Shown here in pieces: positions 19,660 to 28,464 of a stretch of 64,000 bases of DNA (positions are counted from its first letter, which is position 1; the number at the start of each line of letters is the position of its first letter). The DNA comes from an uncultured Candidatus Saccharibacteria bacterium (GTDB taxonomy: Bacteria; Patescibacteriota; Minisyncoccia; Phycocordibacterales; UBA6065). The stretch spans positions 20,054 through 84,053 of the forward strand of contig CAZBVG010000001.1 in the NCBI GenBank assembly GCA_964495425.1, given 5' to 3'. Position numbers and translations under genes: made by a program. The notes beneath the pieces are model-generated. The model ran no database searches and was not told the DNA's origin. It saw only the letters and a program-made list of their open reading frames with translations.

Positions 19660-20061
19660 TTATGCCTTAGGCATTTCTGCTGTAAACACAAACATTTGCC
19701 AAATATGACCATTAATATCACGGAATGCTTTATCGTACATAAAAGCCTCTGATTCCGGATCAGGTTTTGTCATATCTGTAGCTCCAGCAGCAATTGCCTT
19801 CTTAAAAAAGGAATCAACTTCTGCCTTTGTATCAAATTGCAAGCACAAAATTTGATTATTATTTATAACTTGAGGCTGAGCATCAATAAAACCCGCAAAA
19901 CGATCATCCTCTAATAGCATTACAAAAGTATTCTCGTTGATGATTACATTTGTACCACCTGGGCCGCTAAACTGTTCGTTCTTTTTCATGCCTAGAGACG
20001 AAAAAAATTTGTCTGTGTCAGCAACGTTTCTAATTGGTAAATTAAGGAATGTATTTTTCAT
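19660..20061 (-). CDS. VOC/glyoxalase-bleomycin-resistance family protein
   Basis: 133 aa with a glyoxalase-like beta-alpha-beta-beta-beta pattern. First gene of the co-directional small-protein array 20061-16315. Confidence 0.7.
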   Translation of the reverse strand: MKNTFLNLPIRNVADTDKFFSSLGMKKNEQFSGPGGTNVIINENTFVMLLEDDRFAGFIDAQPQVINNNQILCLQFDTKAEVDSFFKKAIAAGATDMTKPDPESEAFMYDKAFRDINGHIWQMFVFTAEMPKA

Positions 20062-20260
20062 ATGTTCAAATTATAGCAAAGAAACTTCGTTGTTGGCCTC
20101 ATCGGGATAGAACCACGTCATGCGTTACCCCACAAGGCGGTTTAGACGTTGTTTGTGGTATCAGTACGACCCGTCTTGGGCGATAGCAGAAAGTGACAAA
20201 AGTGACACAGGAATGAGGTGTTTGAGTGTCACTTTAAATCGCCTAATACCCAACAATTGA

Positions 20261-21238
20261 CTATTTCTTCAATGCCTTCCGTCGAGCGGTAACTATATTT
20301 CTTAGCTTTTCTTTCCAGCCTTTTGTATGTACAACCCGTTCGAATGAATCGCCGAATTTGCCCGACATTAGATCCAGTCGGCTAAGCTTGCTCAAATCCT
20401 CCCAATTATCGAAGAGAACATAGACGGCGTTACCGTACTCAACGTTTTCAAAGACTACGAGGTTATCTTCAAGAAGCGCGCCGAAATATCGCCTGAACCC
20501 ACTTTGGCCAAATACCAGACTCTTCGGCTTGAGTGTTTGAAAGAAATTATACCTTTCGGCTGTCACATCTTTCTGTTGCTCTGTCGGGGCTTTGCCTCTA
20601 AAGATTCTCTCGATGGTTTCGTCCAGCGTCCCTGGCGGTAAAATCTCCCAAGATACATGAAGAGATTTGGTGTAGTCGGCGATAGCGGTATTTGCCGCTT
20701 CCACCCCGCAGGCCCCAACATTTTCTTGGAGCAGATTTAAATCTTCAAGAAGATAGTCCTTGAAATTTTCATCTTTCTTGTCTAGAACCTCTTGAACCTG
20801 AAAAGCGAGAATGTAAGTTGCAAGGCCTGGCTTTGTATCTTTGCAAATCATGCTGATCTCTAATTCGCGAGGAGGATGAAAGTCCCTAGGATACTTTTCG
20901 TAGGGAAGATCAACAGTATGTGTACCGTTGTAGGAGTCTCCCCAGTTTGGAGATTCGATACTGTTGTAATGCGTTTCCTTAGGAAGATCTCTTCGTACGA
21001 CCTCGTGTCCGTTAATATTCCTATTTGAATACTTTCCGCGATTTTCAGGAGGGATAATACTTGCGGGAAGTTCTAGTCCTTTCTCTGTCAGGGTGATTCC
21101 TAAATGCTTGAGTCTTCCTGCGGTCAGGTCTTCGGCCTTAAATTTTACCGCACATCCCGCGACAATCTCTTTCGCTCTTATTGTTTCGAGCTTTTCGAGG
21201 ACATTTTTCGGTATTTTGTTGATGTTTTTCTTTGCCAT
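20261..21238 (-). CDS. hypothetical protein (325 aa), distal gene of 3-gene operon in accessory block
   Basis: Long ORF with no recognisable motif. Noticeably higher GC than host genes. 7 bp from the upstream gene. Confidence 0.55.
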   Translation of the reverse strand: MAKKNINKIPKNVLEKLETIRAKEIVAGCAVKFKAEDLTAGRLKHLGITLTEKGLELPASIIPPENRGKYSNRNINGHEVVRRDLPKETHYNSIESPNWGDSYNGTHTVDLPYEKYPRDFHPPRELEISMICKDTKPGLATYILAFQVQEVLDKKDENFKDYLLEDLNLLQENVGACGVEAANTAIADYTKSLHVSWEILPPGTLDETIERIFRGKAPTEQQKDVTAERYNFFQTLKPKSLVFGQSGFRRYFGALLEDNLVVFENVEYGNAVYVLFDNWEDLSKLSRLDLMSGKFGDSFERVVHTKGWKEKLRNIVTARRKALKK

Positions 21239-21245
21239 ATGAGTT

Positions 21246-21656
21246 TTAGAGTTCCACTTCTACGAATTTTTCTCCTGTGGCCGTAAGCTCCCATGCTTTC
21301 TTGGATTCCTTCTTTTCCTCCGCTTCCATAATTCGGCCGGCTCGAATATTCATATTTATCTTATCGTTCACGTTTGCGGGCAGAGCGATTTTTGCGAGGC
21401 GGAATGCCTTTTTGAGGTCGTCTGTATTAAATGGCCTTACATTTTCGAAGTGCTCGATGAAGTATGAGACCGCCAAGGTGCGCTTAACATCGTCGTCGAG
21501 CTTTTTGGTCATCAGGAACTCTTTTATCGAGATCTTTTTCTCCGCAGACGGTTTTTCGACGACAGGTTTCGCTTCCGTGTCAGAAAATCTTTTTTCGACT
21601 TTATCGAGCCGACCTTCGAGGGCAGAAATTCTTTTTTCTAGTTCGAGGTTATCCAT
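21246..21656 (-). CDS. hypothetical protein with N-terminal coiled coil and wHTH-like C-terminus
   Basis: Start taken at the internal ATG (MDNLELEKRISALEGRL), 1 bp after the stop of the upstream ORF. The ORF-finder start at 21728 would overlap that gene by 71 bp. Confidence 0.45.
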   Translation of the reverse strand: MDNLELEKRISALEGRLDKVEKRFSDTEAKPVVEKPSAEKKISIKEFLMTKKLDDDVKRTLAVSYFIEHFENVRPFNTDDLKKAFRLAKIALPANVNDKINMNIRAGRIMEAEEKKESKKAWELTATGEKFVEVEL

Positions 21657-21657
21657 A

Positions 21658-22053
21658 TTATTTATTGAGTTTTTTAAAGTTTGCAACGACCTGCGATACC
21701 TTATAATTAGGGAGGGAGTACTTACCACCTTCGGATTTTATGTCCCTGGAATCGAGAAGTGTTTTGAGGGTTCCTTTGACGCTACCCACTGGAGCGATCT
21801 CCAGTTTGATTATTTCTGACGGGCTGATCTTATCCTCGGTGCCGAGAAAAAGGCTCCGCGCTTTCACAGCGGCAAGAACCAGGAGTATTTTCTCCGCGTT
21901 CGGGAGGGCCATAAAGTTCCCAGAGAATTCAAAGGACTGGGTTTCCTTATTTATGCTTAAGTAAGGCGACAATAACTCTGCGAGTTCTTGTCTATTAACT
22001 GCCTGTGATTCGCTCACGAACAGTTTCTGAAGGGGGTCTGTGTTTTCTGTCAT
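21658..22053 (-). CDS. hypothetical protein, first gene of 3-gene operon; C-terminus resembles that of the next gene
   Basis: 131-aa ORF downstream of a palindromic operator and a divergent promoter region. Confidence 0.45.
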   Translation of the reverse strand: MTENTDPLQKLFVSESQAVNRQELAELLSPYLSINKETQSFEFSGNFMALPNAEKILLVLAAVKARSLFLGTEDKISPSEIIKLEIAPVGSVKGTLKTLLDSRDIKSEGGKYSLPNYKVSQVVANFKKLNK

Positions 22054-22172
22054 AATTTTAGTTATATAAAACCTCTAATAATCCAAGTTTACTGGAACAA
22101 GCCGTTGGGTCAAGGGTATTTCGAGGTTTTGTTCGAGTCTTTTTAGTTTTTTATTCTATAAATCTAAGCCCA

Positions 22173-22213
22173 TATTCCGTATAACCCTTGTTTTAAAAGG
22201 ATTATACGGAATA
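22173..22213. promoter_or_regulatory. perfect 12-bp inverted repeat TATTCCGTATAA-N17-TTATACGGAATA (candidate operator)
   Basis: Lies in the 252-bp divergent region between the 3-gene operon (start 22053, minus) and ORF 22306 (plus). The spacer is itself partly palindromic. Confidence 0.6.
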
Positions 22214-22305
22214 ATTCAAGGATAAGTATATTAAAAATAATAAACCTATCAAGGATTTGTTTCTGCAGAATGTCAAGACCGTTTTAATCTTTCGAACCTG
22301 CTAAA

Positions 22306-22671
22306 ATGAAGATTATGAAAAAGAAGAAAATCGTCCTTTACCTCACAGACATAGCGCATCACGTCAAAGATCTTCGGCCCGCAAAGACGCTTGAGAAATC
22401 ACTTAAAGGGCCCACACCGGAGGGTCTTCCATACGGCCGGTTAGCCGCTACCCTAGACAAGGACGGAGAGCTTCGACTTAAACTGCCTGATGATATGCAG
22501 GCGGCGATAAATCGAGGTGAGCTTGAAGTGGTCCTGGCGTTCCCTAAAAAGGGCCTTCCTGCGTACGCGGGTAAGGATACGGTAGAAAAAGTCAGACAAA
22601 TGGAGAAACAAGCAACTAACGAAATTATCCACAGAGAGAAGATTGCGGAGAAAAAGAGGAGTATACTATAG
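22306..22671 (+). CDS. hypothetical basic protein (121 aa), divergent from 3-gene operon
   Basis: ORF with a Lys-rich N-terminus, followed by a structured element. Confidence 0.45.
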   Translation: MKIMKKKKIVLYLTDIAHHVKDLRPAKTLEKSLKGPTPEGLPYGRLAATLDKDGELRLKLPDDMQAAINRGELEVVLAFPKKGLPAYAGKDTVEKVRQMEKQATNEIIHREKIAEKKRSIL

Positions 22672-22715
22672 GCACAATTGAATATTACAGGTGGTGTACC
22701 GCACTCGTGTGCCAT

Positions 22716-22780
22716 GCCCACTTCGTACAGAAAGCCTAGAAATCAAACCTTGATTTCTGCGTCTTCCCTGCGAAGTGGGC
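22716..22780 (+). other. nested hairpin element (GCCCACTTCG...CGAAGTGGGC enclosing GAAATCAA-acc-TTGATTTC)
   Basis: 10-bp outer stem enclosing an 8-bp inner hairpin. A GCAC-tcgt-GTGC palindrome lies just upstream. Located between ORF 22306 and the ParB-methyltransferase gene. Confidence 0.4.
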
Positions 22781-22813
22781 TTTCTGCTTTATAGGCAGTT
22801 ATATAGCACCACT

Positions 22814-24103
22814 ATGTCAAAGCAAAATTTGGTCTGGCGTCCTGAACGCCGATCTGTCAGTGAATTGAGAGCTTGGAAGAAAAATCCAAGGAAGATAACG
22901 GAAGAGGCCTTTGAACGGCTCAAGAATCGCATCAAAGCCCGTGGCTTCCATGATGTCGTTAAAGTTGATACGGATAACACGATCCTTTCGGGAAATCAAA
23001 GAAAGAAAGCTCTCGTCAAGCTTGGTATAAAGGAAGTAACGGTACTTGTGCCGAATCGCAAGCTCTCGGAGACAGAAAAGAATAGCGTCGCCCTCGAAAG
23101 CAATACAAACGATGGTACTTGGGATTTTGACGCACTCAAATCATTCGATCTAAAAGTGCTCACGGATATCGGCTTCGACAAAACAGATCTTGAAAACGCA
23201 TGGAACGAAAATCTGAAAGCGGAAGACGATGACTTTGACGTTGAAAAGGAGCTTGAGAAGATAACGAAGCCTAAGACAAAGCTCGGCGACCTCATCATCA
23301 TGGGTCCCCACAAACTGATCTGTGGAAACTCAGGTGATCCCGCTGTACTCAAAAGGCTTTTCGGCAAAGAGAAGGCTTCGATGATCTATTCTGACCCGCC
23401 ATACAATATAAAACTTGATTACAAAAACGGCGTCGGTGGTAAAGGAAATTATGGAGGAGATGTAAACGACGATCGTACATACGATGAGTACAAGGAATTT
23501 CTGAAAAAAAGCATCGTCGCCGCTCTTTCTGTCACCAAAGACGATACGCATGTATTCTACTGGTCTGATCAAGCCTATATCGGCCTCGTTCAAGAGCTGT
23601 ATCGCGAGCTTGGTATCGACAACAAGCGCGTCTGTCTCTGGATTAAAAACTCTCAGAATCCCGTACCCACCGTTGCGTTCAACAAATGCTATGAGCCCTG
23701 CACCTATGGCGTGAAAGGTCGTCCATTCATATCTCCAAAGATACAGAACTTAAATGAAATTATGAATCGTGAGATGAGCACGGGTAACGCCCTCATGGAA
23801 GAAGCTCTTGATCATCTCGATTTGTGGATGGTGAAGAGGCTTTCAAGCAAAGAGTACGAGCACGCAACATCAAAGCCGCCGAAGCTTCATGAGAAAGCGA
23901 TACGCAGGTGTACGCGTTCGGGAGAAATAATTCTCGACAGCTTCTCGGGATCCGCAAGCACCATGATCGCAGCCGAGCAGTTGAAGCGTCGTGTTTTTGC
24001 TACAGAGCTCGAACCGATTTTCTGCGATCTCGCGATCAAGCGATACGAGAAGCTCACGGGCATAAAGGCGAAGATAATCCGAAACGACCATGAAGAAGCT
24101 TAG
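22814..24103 (+). CDS. ParB-like nuclease domain fused to N6/N4 DNA methyltransferase (phage-type)
   Basis: N-terminal ParB/Srx fold (ILSGNQRKKA). C-terminal methyltransferase with DPPY motif (SDPPYN) and a late AdoMet-binding region. Start at the ATG (MSKQNLVWRP). Confidence 0.8.
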   Translation: MSKQNLVWRPERRSVSELRAWKKNPRKITEEAFERLKNRIKARGFHDVVKVDTDNTILSGNQRKKALVKLGIKEVTVLVPNRKLSETEKNSVALESNTNDGTWDFDALKSFDLKVLTDIGFDKTDLENAWNENLKAEDDDFDVEKELEKITKPKTKLGDLIIMGPHKLICGNSGDPAVLKRLFGKEKASMIYSDPPYNIKLDYKNGVGGKGNYGGDVNDDRTYDEYKEFLKKSIVAALSVTKDDTHVFYWSDQAYIGLVQELYRELGIDNKRVCLWIKNSQNPVPTVAFNKCYEPCTYGVKGRPFISPKIQNLNEIMNREMSTGNALMEEALDHLDLWMVKRLSSKEYEHATSKPPKLHEKAIRRCTRSGEIILDSFSGSASTMIAAEQLKRRVFATELEPIFCDLAIKRYEKLTGIKAKIIRNDHEEA

Positions 24104-24527
24104 AAAGAAAGATCAATTCCTCGCAGAGCTTCGGCGTATCCCTATCGTCCAAGTTGCGTGCGAAAAGTCTGCCATTTCCCGCAACAGCGTCTATAGGTGG
24201 CGAAAAGAGGATGAGGAATTCAAGAAAGCCATGGACGAGGCGATGACAGACGGCGAAGCATTCGTAAACGACATGAGCGAAAGCCAGCTCCTCTCCCTCA
24301 TTCAGGAAAAGAACTGGTCGGCTATCAGCTTTTGGTTGCGTCATAGGAATCCGAAGTACAAGGATAGTATTCATGTGACAACCGAAATAAAACAGGACAA
24401 AGTAACTCCCGAACAAGAAATCGTGATCCGCGAAGCTCTGCGCCTCGCTTCCTTGGATATGCCTAAAGAAGGAACTGAGCAAAAAATTCAGGAGATATAC
24501 CTTAAGAAAAATGATGATGGAAAATAA
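24090..24527 (+). CDS. phage terminase small-subunit-like HTH protein
   Basis: SAISRNSVYRWRKEDEEFKKAMDEA is an HTH typical of small terminase subunits. Overlaps the methyltransferase stop and precedes a large-terminase fragment. Confidence 0.55.
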   Translation: MKKLRKKDQFLAELRRIPIVQVACEKSAISRNSVYRWRKEDEEFKKAMDEAMTDGEAFVNDMSESQLLSLIQEKNWSAISFWLRHRNPKYKDSIHVTTEIKQDKVTPEQEIVIREALRLASLDMPKEGTEQKIQEIYLKKNDDGK

Positions 24528-25167
24528 CCTCATCTCTGAAGAGTTGATGCAGAAGATTCTCCACGATCGCATAATCCGATCCGAGATAACTCGACAAAGC
24601 CATCTGATGTTCTTTCTTGTCTACTTCCCGCACTACGTGAAATATTCTATCGCGGAATTCCATAAAGATATATTCAGAATCACCGAAGATCAGTCGAATA
24701 AGCTTGCATGCATCGTTGCGTTCCGCGGCTCTGGAAAATCCACCCTGATCACGTTCTCCTATGCGATCTGGTCTATCCTCGGTGTGCAGAAAAAGAGATT
24801 CGTGCTCATCATCTGCCAGACCCAAGCCCAGGCCAAACAGCACATGGCGAACCTCCGATACGAATTAGAGACAAATAGGCTGTTAAAGGGCGATCTTGGC
24901 CCTTTCCAAGAGGAATCAGGAGAATGGGGCGCACACTCACTTATCTTCAGCAATACCAACTCTCGAATCACTATCGCTTCGATAGACCAGAGTATCCGAG
25001 GAATCCGACATCACGAGAATAGGCCCGACCTCATTATCCTCGATGGTCTATTTTATCTGACCAATCTTAGAATCGGATTGCTTCGTAATACGAATTTCGA
25101 TCGTCGGTACGGCCTTCTGATTTCAAGAGATCAGGTAGAGTTGTGTATGAGAAATTTGTCCAGTTGA
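24511..25167 (+). pseudogene. terminase large subunit, N-terminal ATPase fragment only (truncated)
   Basis: Walker A AFRGSGKST and Walker B-like DLIILDG. Stops after 218 aa instead of the 450 or more expected. Its 3' end is overlapped by a convergent gene. Confidence 0.5.
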
Positions 25168-25801
25168 TTTTGTCATACAACGGTCGGCCCATGGCGTATA
25201 CGATTGCCGTGTCATCCTTTTTATTTCCGTACTGATCGCTTACAGGCAACCTTTCCCAAATAATCACGTCACCGATCTGCGGGAAAGATGAAAAGGTATC
25301 TTGAAATATTTTTGCCGCCTCTTTGTGCAGAGTCATTTTCTGAAGATTCGACGTGAGATTCTCACTAGCATTTGTCTTAATGAATGCCGCTTGGATTGTC
25401 TCGGTCGGAGCGTATCCATATGTGCTCAATTCAGAGGGTTTGTAGTTCGTAAGCTCGACGAAAACTACGCGTGGTTTACTCGTATTGGTCGTCGCTCCAA
25501 GTGAGGCTTCTATCTTTTGTGTAATGAGCTGTTCTCTAGTTTTTGGCTTTGGCACTTGAACTGGCTGTGTAGCTACAACGGGTTGAGCTGTTATTGGCGG
25601 AGTTGATTGAACGACAACGGGCGGTGGCACTTCTTCTGCCGGAGAAGCGATGATGGTAAGGATCATGAGAAGAACGAAAGCTCCGGCAAATATTCCTGAT
25701 GATTGTCTGCGAGATTTCATCTTAAACCACGAAGGCTTAATGAGTCCCGCAAAAAATCCCAGAAAGGCCAAAAAGGAAAGTAAGATAAAAACAATGTGCA
25801 T
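25067..25801 (-). CDS. hypothetical membrane protein (2 TM, Pro-rich linker, extracellular domain)
   Basis: 244-aa ORF of lower GC that overlaps the truncated terminase 3' end, suggesting it marks the disruption point. Confidence 0.5.
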   Translation of the reverse strand: MHIVFILLSFLAFLGFFAGLIKPSWFKMKSRRQSSGIFAGAFVLLMILTIIASPAEEVPPPVVVQSTPPITAQPVVATQPVQVPKPKTREQLITQKIEASLGATTNTSKPRVVFVELTNYKPSELSTYGYAPTETIQAAFIKTNASENLTSNLQKMTLHKEAAKIFQDTFSSFPQIGDVIIWERLPVSDQYGNKKDDTAIVYAMGRPLYDKINWTNFSYTTLPDLLKSEGRTDDRNSYYEAIRF

Positions 25802-26129
25802 ATTTTTGCTTGATCGGCTTGTAATGTGCGGCGAACAAAAAGCCCGCCACGGGTAGGAGCCGAAGCCCCTCGTACCAGTTTCCCGATACGGCGATCAAGC
25901 AACCCCATGACGGGTTTTTTATGCTTGATCGACTAACTTTCGCCATGCCCGCATTGCTACGGGGTTAGGCTACTTTTACCTATTTAATTGTCATGGACCA
26001 TGATAACTCCAAAATAGCTATCGGTCTATAACCCTAACGCTGAACGAGGCTTTTGCTAAGCCCTGCTGTCAACACGTTGCCAACATCTACTTACTTAGCA
26101 AAGCCAATGGTTCTGTCATCAATATACGT

Positions 26130-27449
26130 ATGGAACTACAAGCCACCGCCCTCATGGGCAAATCAACGATTGCTCCCGTTATAAAAGTCAGGTATTGCCT
26201 CTATGCTCGTAAATCGACCGAAGATGAAGAAAAACAAATTCTCTCCATTGATTCGCAGGTAAACGAGATGAAGGCGATAGCTATTCGCGAAGGGTTAGAT
26301 ATTGTCGATACCTATAAGGAAGCCCATTCAGCTAAAGCTTCAGGACAGCGTCCTGAATTCAAAAGACTTCTCGACGATATCAGGTTGGGTAAATTCAACG
26401 GAATACTTGTCTGGCATCCCGATCGACTGTCTCGAAATGCTGGTGATCTCGGTTCAGTCGTCGATCTCATGGATGAAAAGCATTTGGTCGAGATACGAAC
26501 ATACGGACAGAAATTCACAAATAACCCGAGCGACAAATTTCTTCTCATGATTCTCTGTAGCCAGGCCAAGCTCGAAAACGACAACAAAAGCGTGAACGTG
26601 AAGAGAGGTCTTAGGACACGATGTGAAATGGGATTATGGCCCGCACCTGCGCCGACAGGATATGTAAACAGCTCGAATGTAAATGAGATCTGCGTGGTCC
26701 ATGTGGATCCCATAAAGGCACCGATCATCAAACAAGTTTTTGAAAAGGTTGCATATGAGGGTTGGGGTGGCAAGAAGACATATCTTTGGCTTAAGAACGA
26801 TTTGAAGTTTACTGCTCGGAGTGGAAAGCCTCTCACATTGAGCAATATCTTCATGATTCTCCACAACCATTTCTATTACGGCATATTCGAGTATCCAAGG
26901 AACAGTGGTAAATGGTATCAAGGTAGACACATACCAATAATCTCAAAGGATCTGTTCGATCAAGCTCAAAAACAACTTCATTGCCAAAGAAAAGTAAAAG
27001 AGACGAATAAAGAATTCGCTTTTACGAAACTCATGTCCTGCGGTCTCTGTGGATCAGGCATAACAGCCCAAGAAAAATTCAAGAATCTAGCAGATGGTAC
27101 AGTCAAAAAATATATCTATTACGGATGCACTAAGATACGAGACAAGGATTGCAAGAACGGATACCTCGAAGAAAATGATCTCATAAAACAACTACTTGAA
27201 TTGATGGATAAAATAGATCTCGATCAATCAGGACTACGAAAGAAACTACAGCATGAGATTGAAAGGTATAAAAATTTCAGTGTGGGTATTCTTGGTGGAA
27301 AGAAAGTGGATTGCTCGGTTAAAGACATTGATATACGAAACTACGCGAAGTATCTTTTGAGGGAGGGCAATATCTTTGAGAAAAGAGATCTGTTGCTTTG
27401 TCTAAAAAGCAAAATTTTGCTGAAGGAGAAAAAGATTATTCTCGCTTAA
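26130..27449 (+). CDS. large serine recombinase (resolvase/invertase N-terminal domain plus recombinase and zinc-ribbon domains)
   Basis: CLYARKSTEDEE with the catalytic Ser in context. LVWHPDRLSRN motif. C-terminal Cys cluster (CGLCGS...YYGC). Alternative ATG at 26154. Confidence 0.85.
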   Translation: MELQATALMGKSTIAPVIKVRYCLYARKSTEDEEKQILSIDSQVNEMKAIAIREGLDIVDTYKEAHSAKASGQRPEFKRLLDDIRLGKFNGILVWHPDRLSRNAGDLGSVVDLMDEKHLVEIRTYGQKFTNNPSDKFLLMILCSQAKLENDNKSVNVKRGLRTRCEMGLWPAPAPTGYVNSSNVNEICVVHVDPIKAPIIKQVFEKVAYEGWGGKKTYLWLKNDLKFTARSGKPLTLSNIFMILHNHFYYGIFEYPRNSGKWYQGRHIPIISKDLFDQAQKQLHCQRKVKETNKEFAFTKLMSCGLCGSGITAQEKFKNLADGTVKKYIYYGCTKIRDKDCKNGYLEENDLIKQLLELMDKIDLDQSGLRKKLQHEIERYKNFSVGILGGKKVDCSVKDIDIRNYAKYLLREGNIFEKRDLLLCLKSKILLKEKKIILA

Positions 27450-27453
27450 TCAC

Positions 27454-28218
27454 TTACAAAGATTTCGCGCTTACGGTAAGAATCTTAAATATGGTTTTAA
27501 ATGTATTTGCCACATCAGGATTTTCTATGAGAGTGCTTATGATCTCACCCTTGAAGTCTATAATTGCAACCTTGTCGCCATACACCAGAATCTGGGCAGG
27601 AGTGGAAAGCTTGTCTTTTGGGAGACTGTAGCCCACGAATAGTTTGCTGTTACTCTTAGAAGCATACTCAAGACTTCCATGACCCGTCGGAGCCAATATT
27701 GTCGTTTTTATACCCGCGACGGTGCGCTTCTTGTAGTTTTCTTCTTTAAGCTCTTTAACTTCTTGGCTATCAGAATCATGAATGCTTTTTATAACAAAAA
27801 CTTCCTGTCCATCGACAAGGATCTCCCGATAGATCTTCTTTACACCATCGACACCCTCATAGAAAGTAACGTTCGGTTTCCCAGAATTAAGGTTATATGC
27901 GGAGATCAAGTTCCCAAGACCCGATTCGACGATATTTTGAGCACTTTCTAAACTCTTCTTTTTTGAATCAAAAAGTTCCTTGAGCTTTGCGGGGTGGAGG
28001 GCCACAAATTTAGCGATTTTTCCTAGTTTCTCATTCTTTTCAACAAGACCAAGATCAGTGAGTTGGCCGAGTATTTTGTACACAAAAGTCCTATCAAGTC
28101 CTACTTTAAGGCTTATCCTACCTGCCTCCATATAGTTATGTTCCAAAAGAGCTGAATATACGAGCGATTGCTCCTTTGAGAGGCCTGCGTTTATGAGTAC
28201 GTTTTCGTGAGAATTCAT
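27454..28218 (-). CDS. TrmB-family transcriptional regulator
   Basis: N-terminal wHTH (LSKEQSLVYSALLEHNYMEAGRISLKVGLDRTFVYKILGQLTDLGLV) plus a C-terminal TrmB-like domain. Confidence 0.65.
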   Translation of the reverse strand: MNSHENVLINAGLSKEQSLVYSALLEHNYMEAGRISLKVGLDRTFVYKILGQLTDLGLVEKNEKLGKIAKFVALHPAKLKELFDSKKKSLESAQNIVESGLGNLISAYNLNSGKPNVTFYEGVDGVKKIYREILVDGQEVFVIKSIHDSDSQEVKELKEENYKKRTVAGIKTTILAPTGHGSLEYASKSNSKLFVGYSLPKDKLSTPAQILVYGDKVAIIDFKGEIISTLIENPDVANTFKTIFKILTVSAKSL

Positions 28219-28464
28219 ATGATTTTTATAAGAATGAATAAACCTAATGTATATTCGTTATATTACTATAACAAATATAGGCAAATAAAGCAAGCATTAT
28301 ACAGCCTTAATTATAGGGTTATAACTTTATATATTTAAATCGTTATAAATCTATTTACATATTTACAAACTTAGAATAGAGTGGCGATATAAGGCTCTTT
28401 GAAAGGTTGGGTTTGGGAAGAAACACGCAACAATTCCGTTGTTGGTTTCGACCAAACTCAACTC

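Noticed and set aside
22359-23367. Minus-strand ORFs 22359..22721, 22789..22980, 22817..22999, 22996..23367
   Set aside because: All are antisense to ORF 22306..22671 or to the ParB-methyltransferase gene. Ser/Phe-rich low-complexity translations.
26312-26866. 184-aa minus ORF inside the serine recombinase gene
   Set aside because: Antisense to a gene with strong catalytic-motif support. No motif of its own.
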